A program made the position numbers and the translations under genes. From Callorhinchus milii (taxonomy: Eukaryota): DNA of 64,000 bases. The notes beneath the pieces were generated by a model. That model was not told the origin of the DNA. It ran no database searches and was given only the letters and a program-made list of their open reading frames with translations. Of the stretch, positions 63,631-64,000 are shown one piece after another. The first letter of the stretch is position 1, and each line of letters opens with the position of its first letter. Location of the stretch: NCBI RefSeq assembly GCF_018977255.1, contig NW_024704742.1:107324001-107388000 (forward strand). The letters are read 5' to 3'.

Positions 63631-63938
63631 GGAGTCCTGTAGCTCGGTAATTAGAGCACGCACCTCGCAAGTGAGACACATGGGTTTGATTCCTGGCAGA
63701 GCAAAACTTTGGCCAAGTTTCCTTACTCCTCATGTCTAATAATGATCCCTCAAGAAAAAAATAATAAATTGGTCACTTCAATCCACGACTGCTTATGGGA
63801 CACTGCTGTGCGTAATTGGCTGCCGCATTTCACCCACAAATATAGTCAATTCACTTTACAGTAGATTCTGTGAAATGCTTTGAGACGTCTAGAAGACATG
63901 TAAAGCGCTGTATCAAATGCAAGGATTATTATTATTAG
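63631..63938 (+). mobile_element. tRNA-SINE, short form, full length
   Basis: ggagtcctgtagctcgg head, core, tail and (TTA)n. Confidence 0.9.
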
Positions 63939-64000
63939 ATATATATTCTATTATCGGGAATCCATCAGTGTGCAATGCACAAGTCAGTTTTGATTGTACT

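Overview
Vertebrate genomic DNA, not prokaryotic. The repeat landscape suggests a cartilaginous fish, possibly a chimaera/elephant shark (inference): tRNA-headed Deu-type SINEs with L2 tails, young L2, CR1, and Penelope-like inverted ends. The window holds one complete protein-coding gene, the polysialyltransferase ST8SIA4 (PST), on the + strand. Its five coding exons are 15840-15946, 18562-18693, 27641-27898, 36307-36600 and 53258-53540. All introns are GT-AG and phase 2; the CDS is 1074 nt and encodes 357 aa. It has a GC/CCAAT-box promoter region and a ~2.2-kb 3' region free of recognisable LINE/SINE copies, with AATAAA signals. The rest is intronic or intergenic sequence rich in transposon relics: L2 and CR1 LINE fragments, two SINE families, a decayed hAT transposon, palindromic MITE-like elements and simple repeats. 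I found no convincing new multi-gene system. The most notable observations are a minimal hammerhead-ribozyme motif in a Penelope-like inverted repeat, two locally templated inverted insertions in intron 4, a nested L2-in-L2 insertion with junction signatures, long hairpins in the 3' UTR, and an unidentified coding-like island at ~7.9-8.3 kb.
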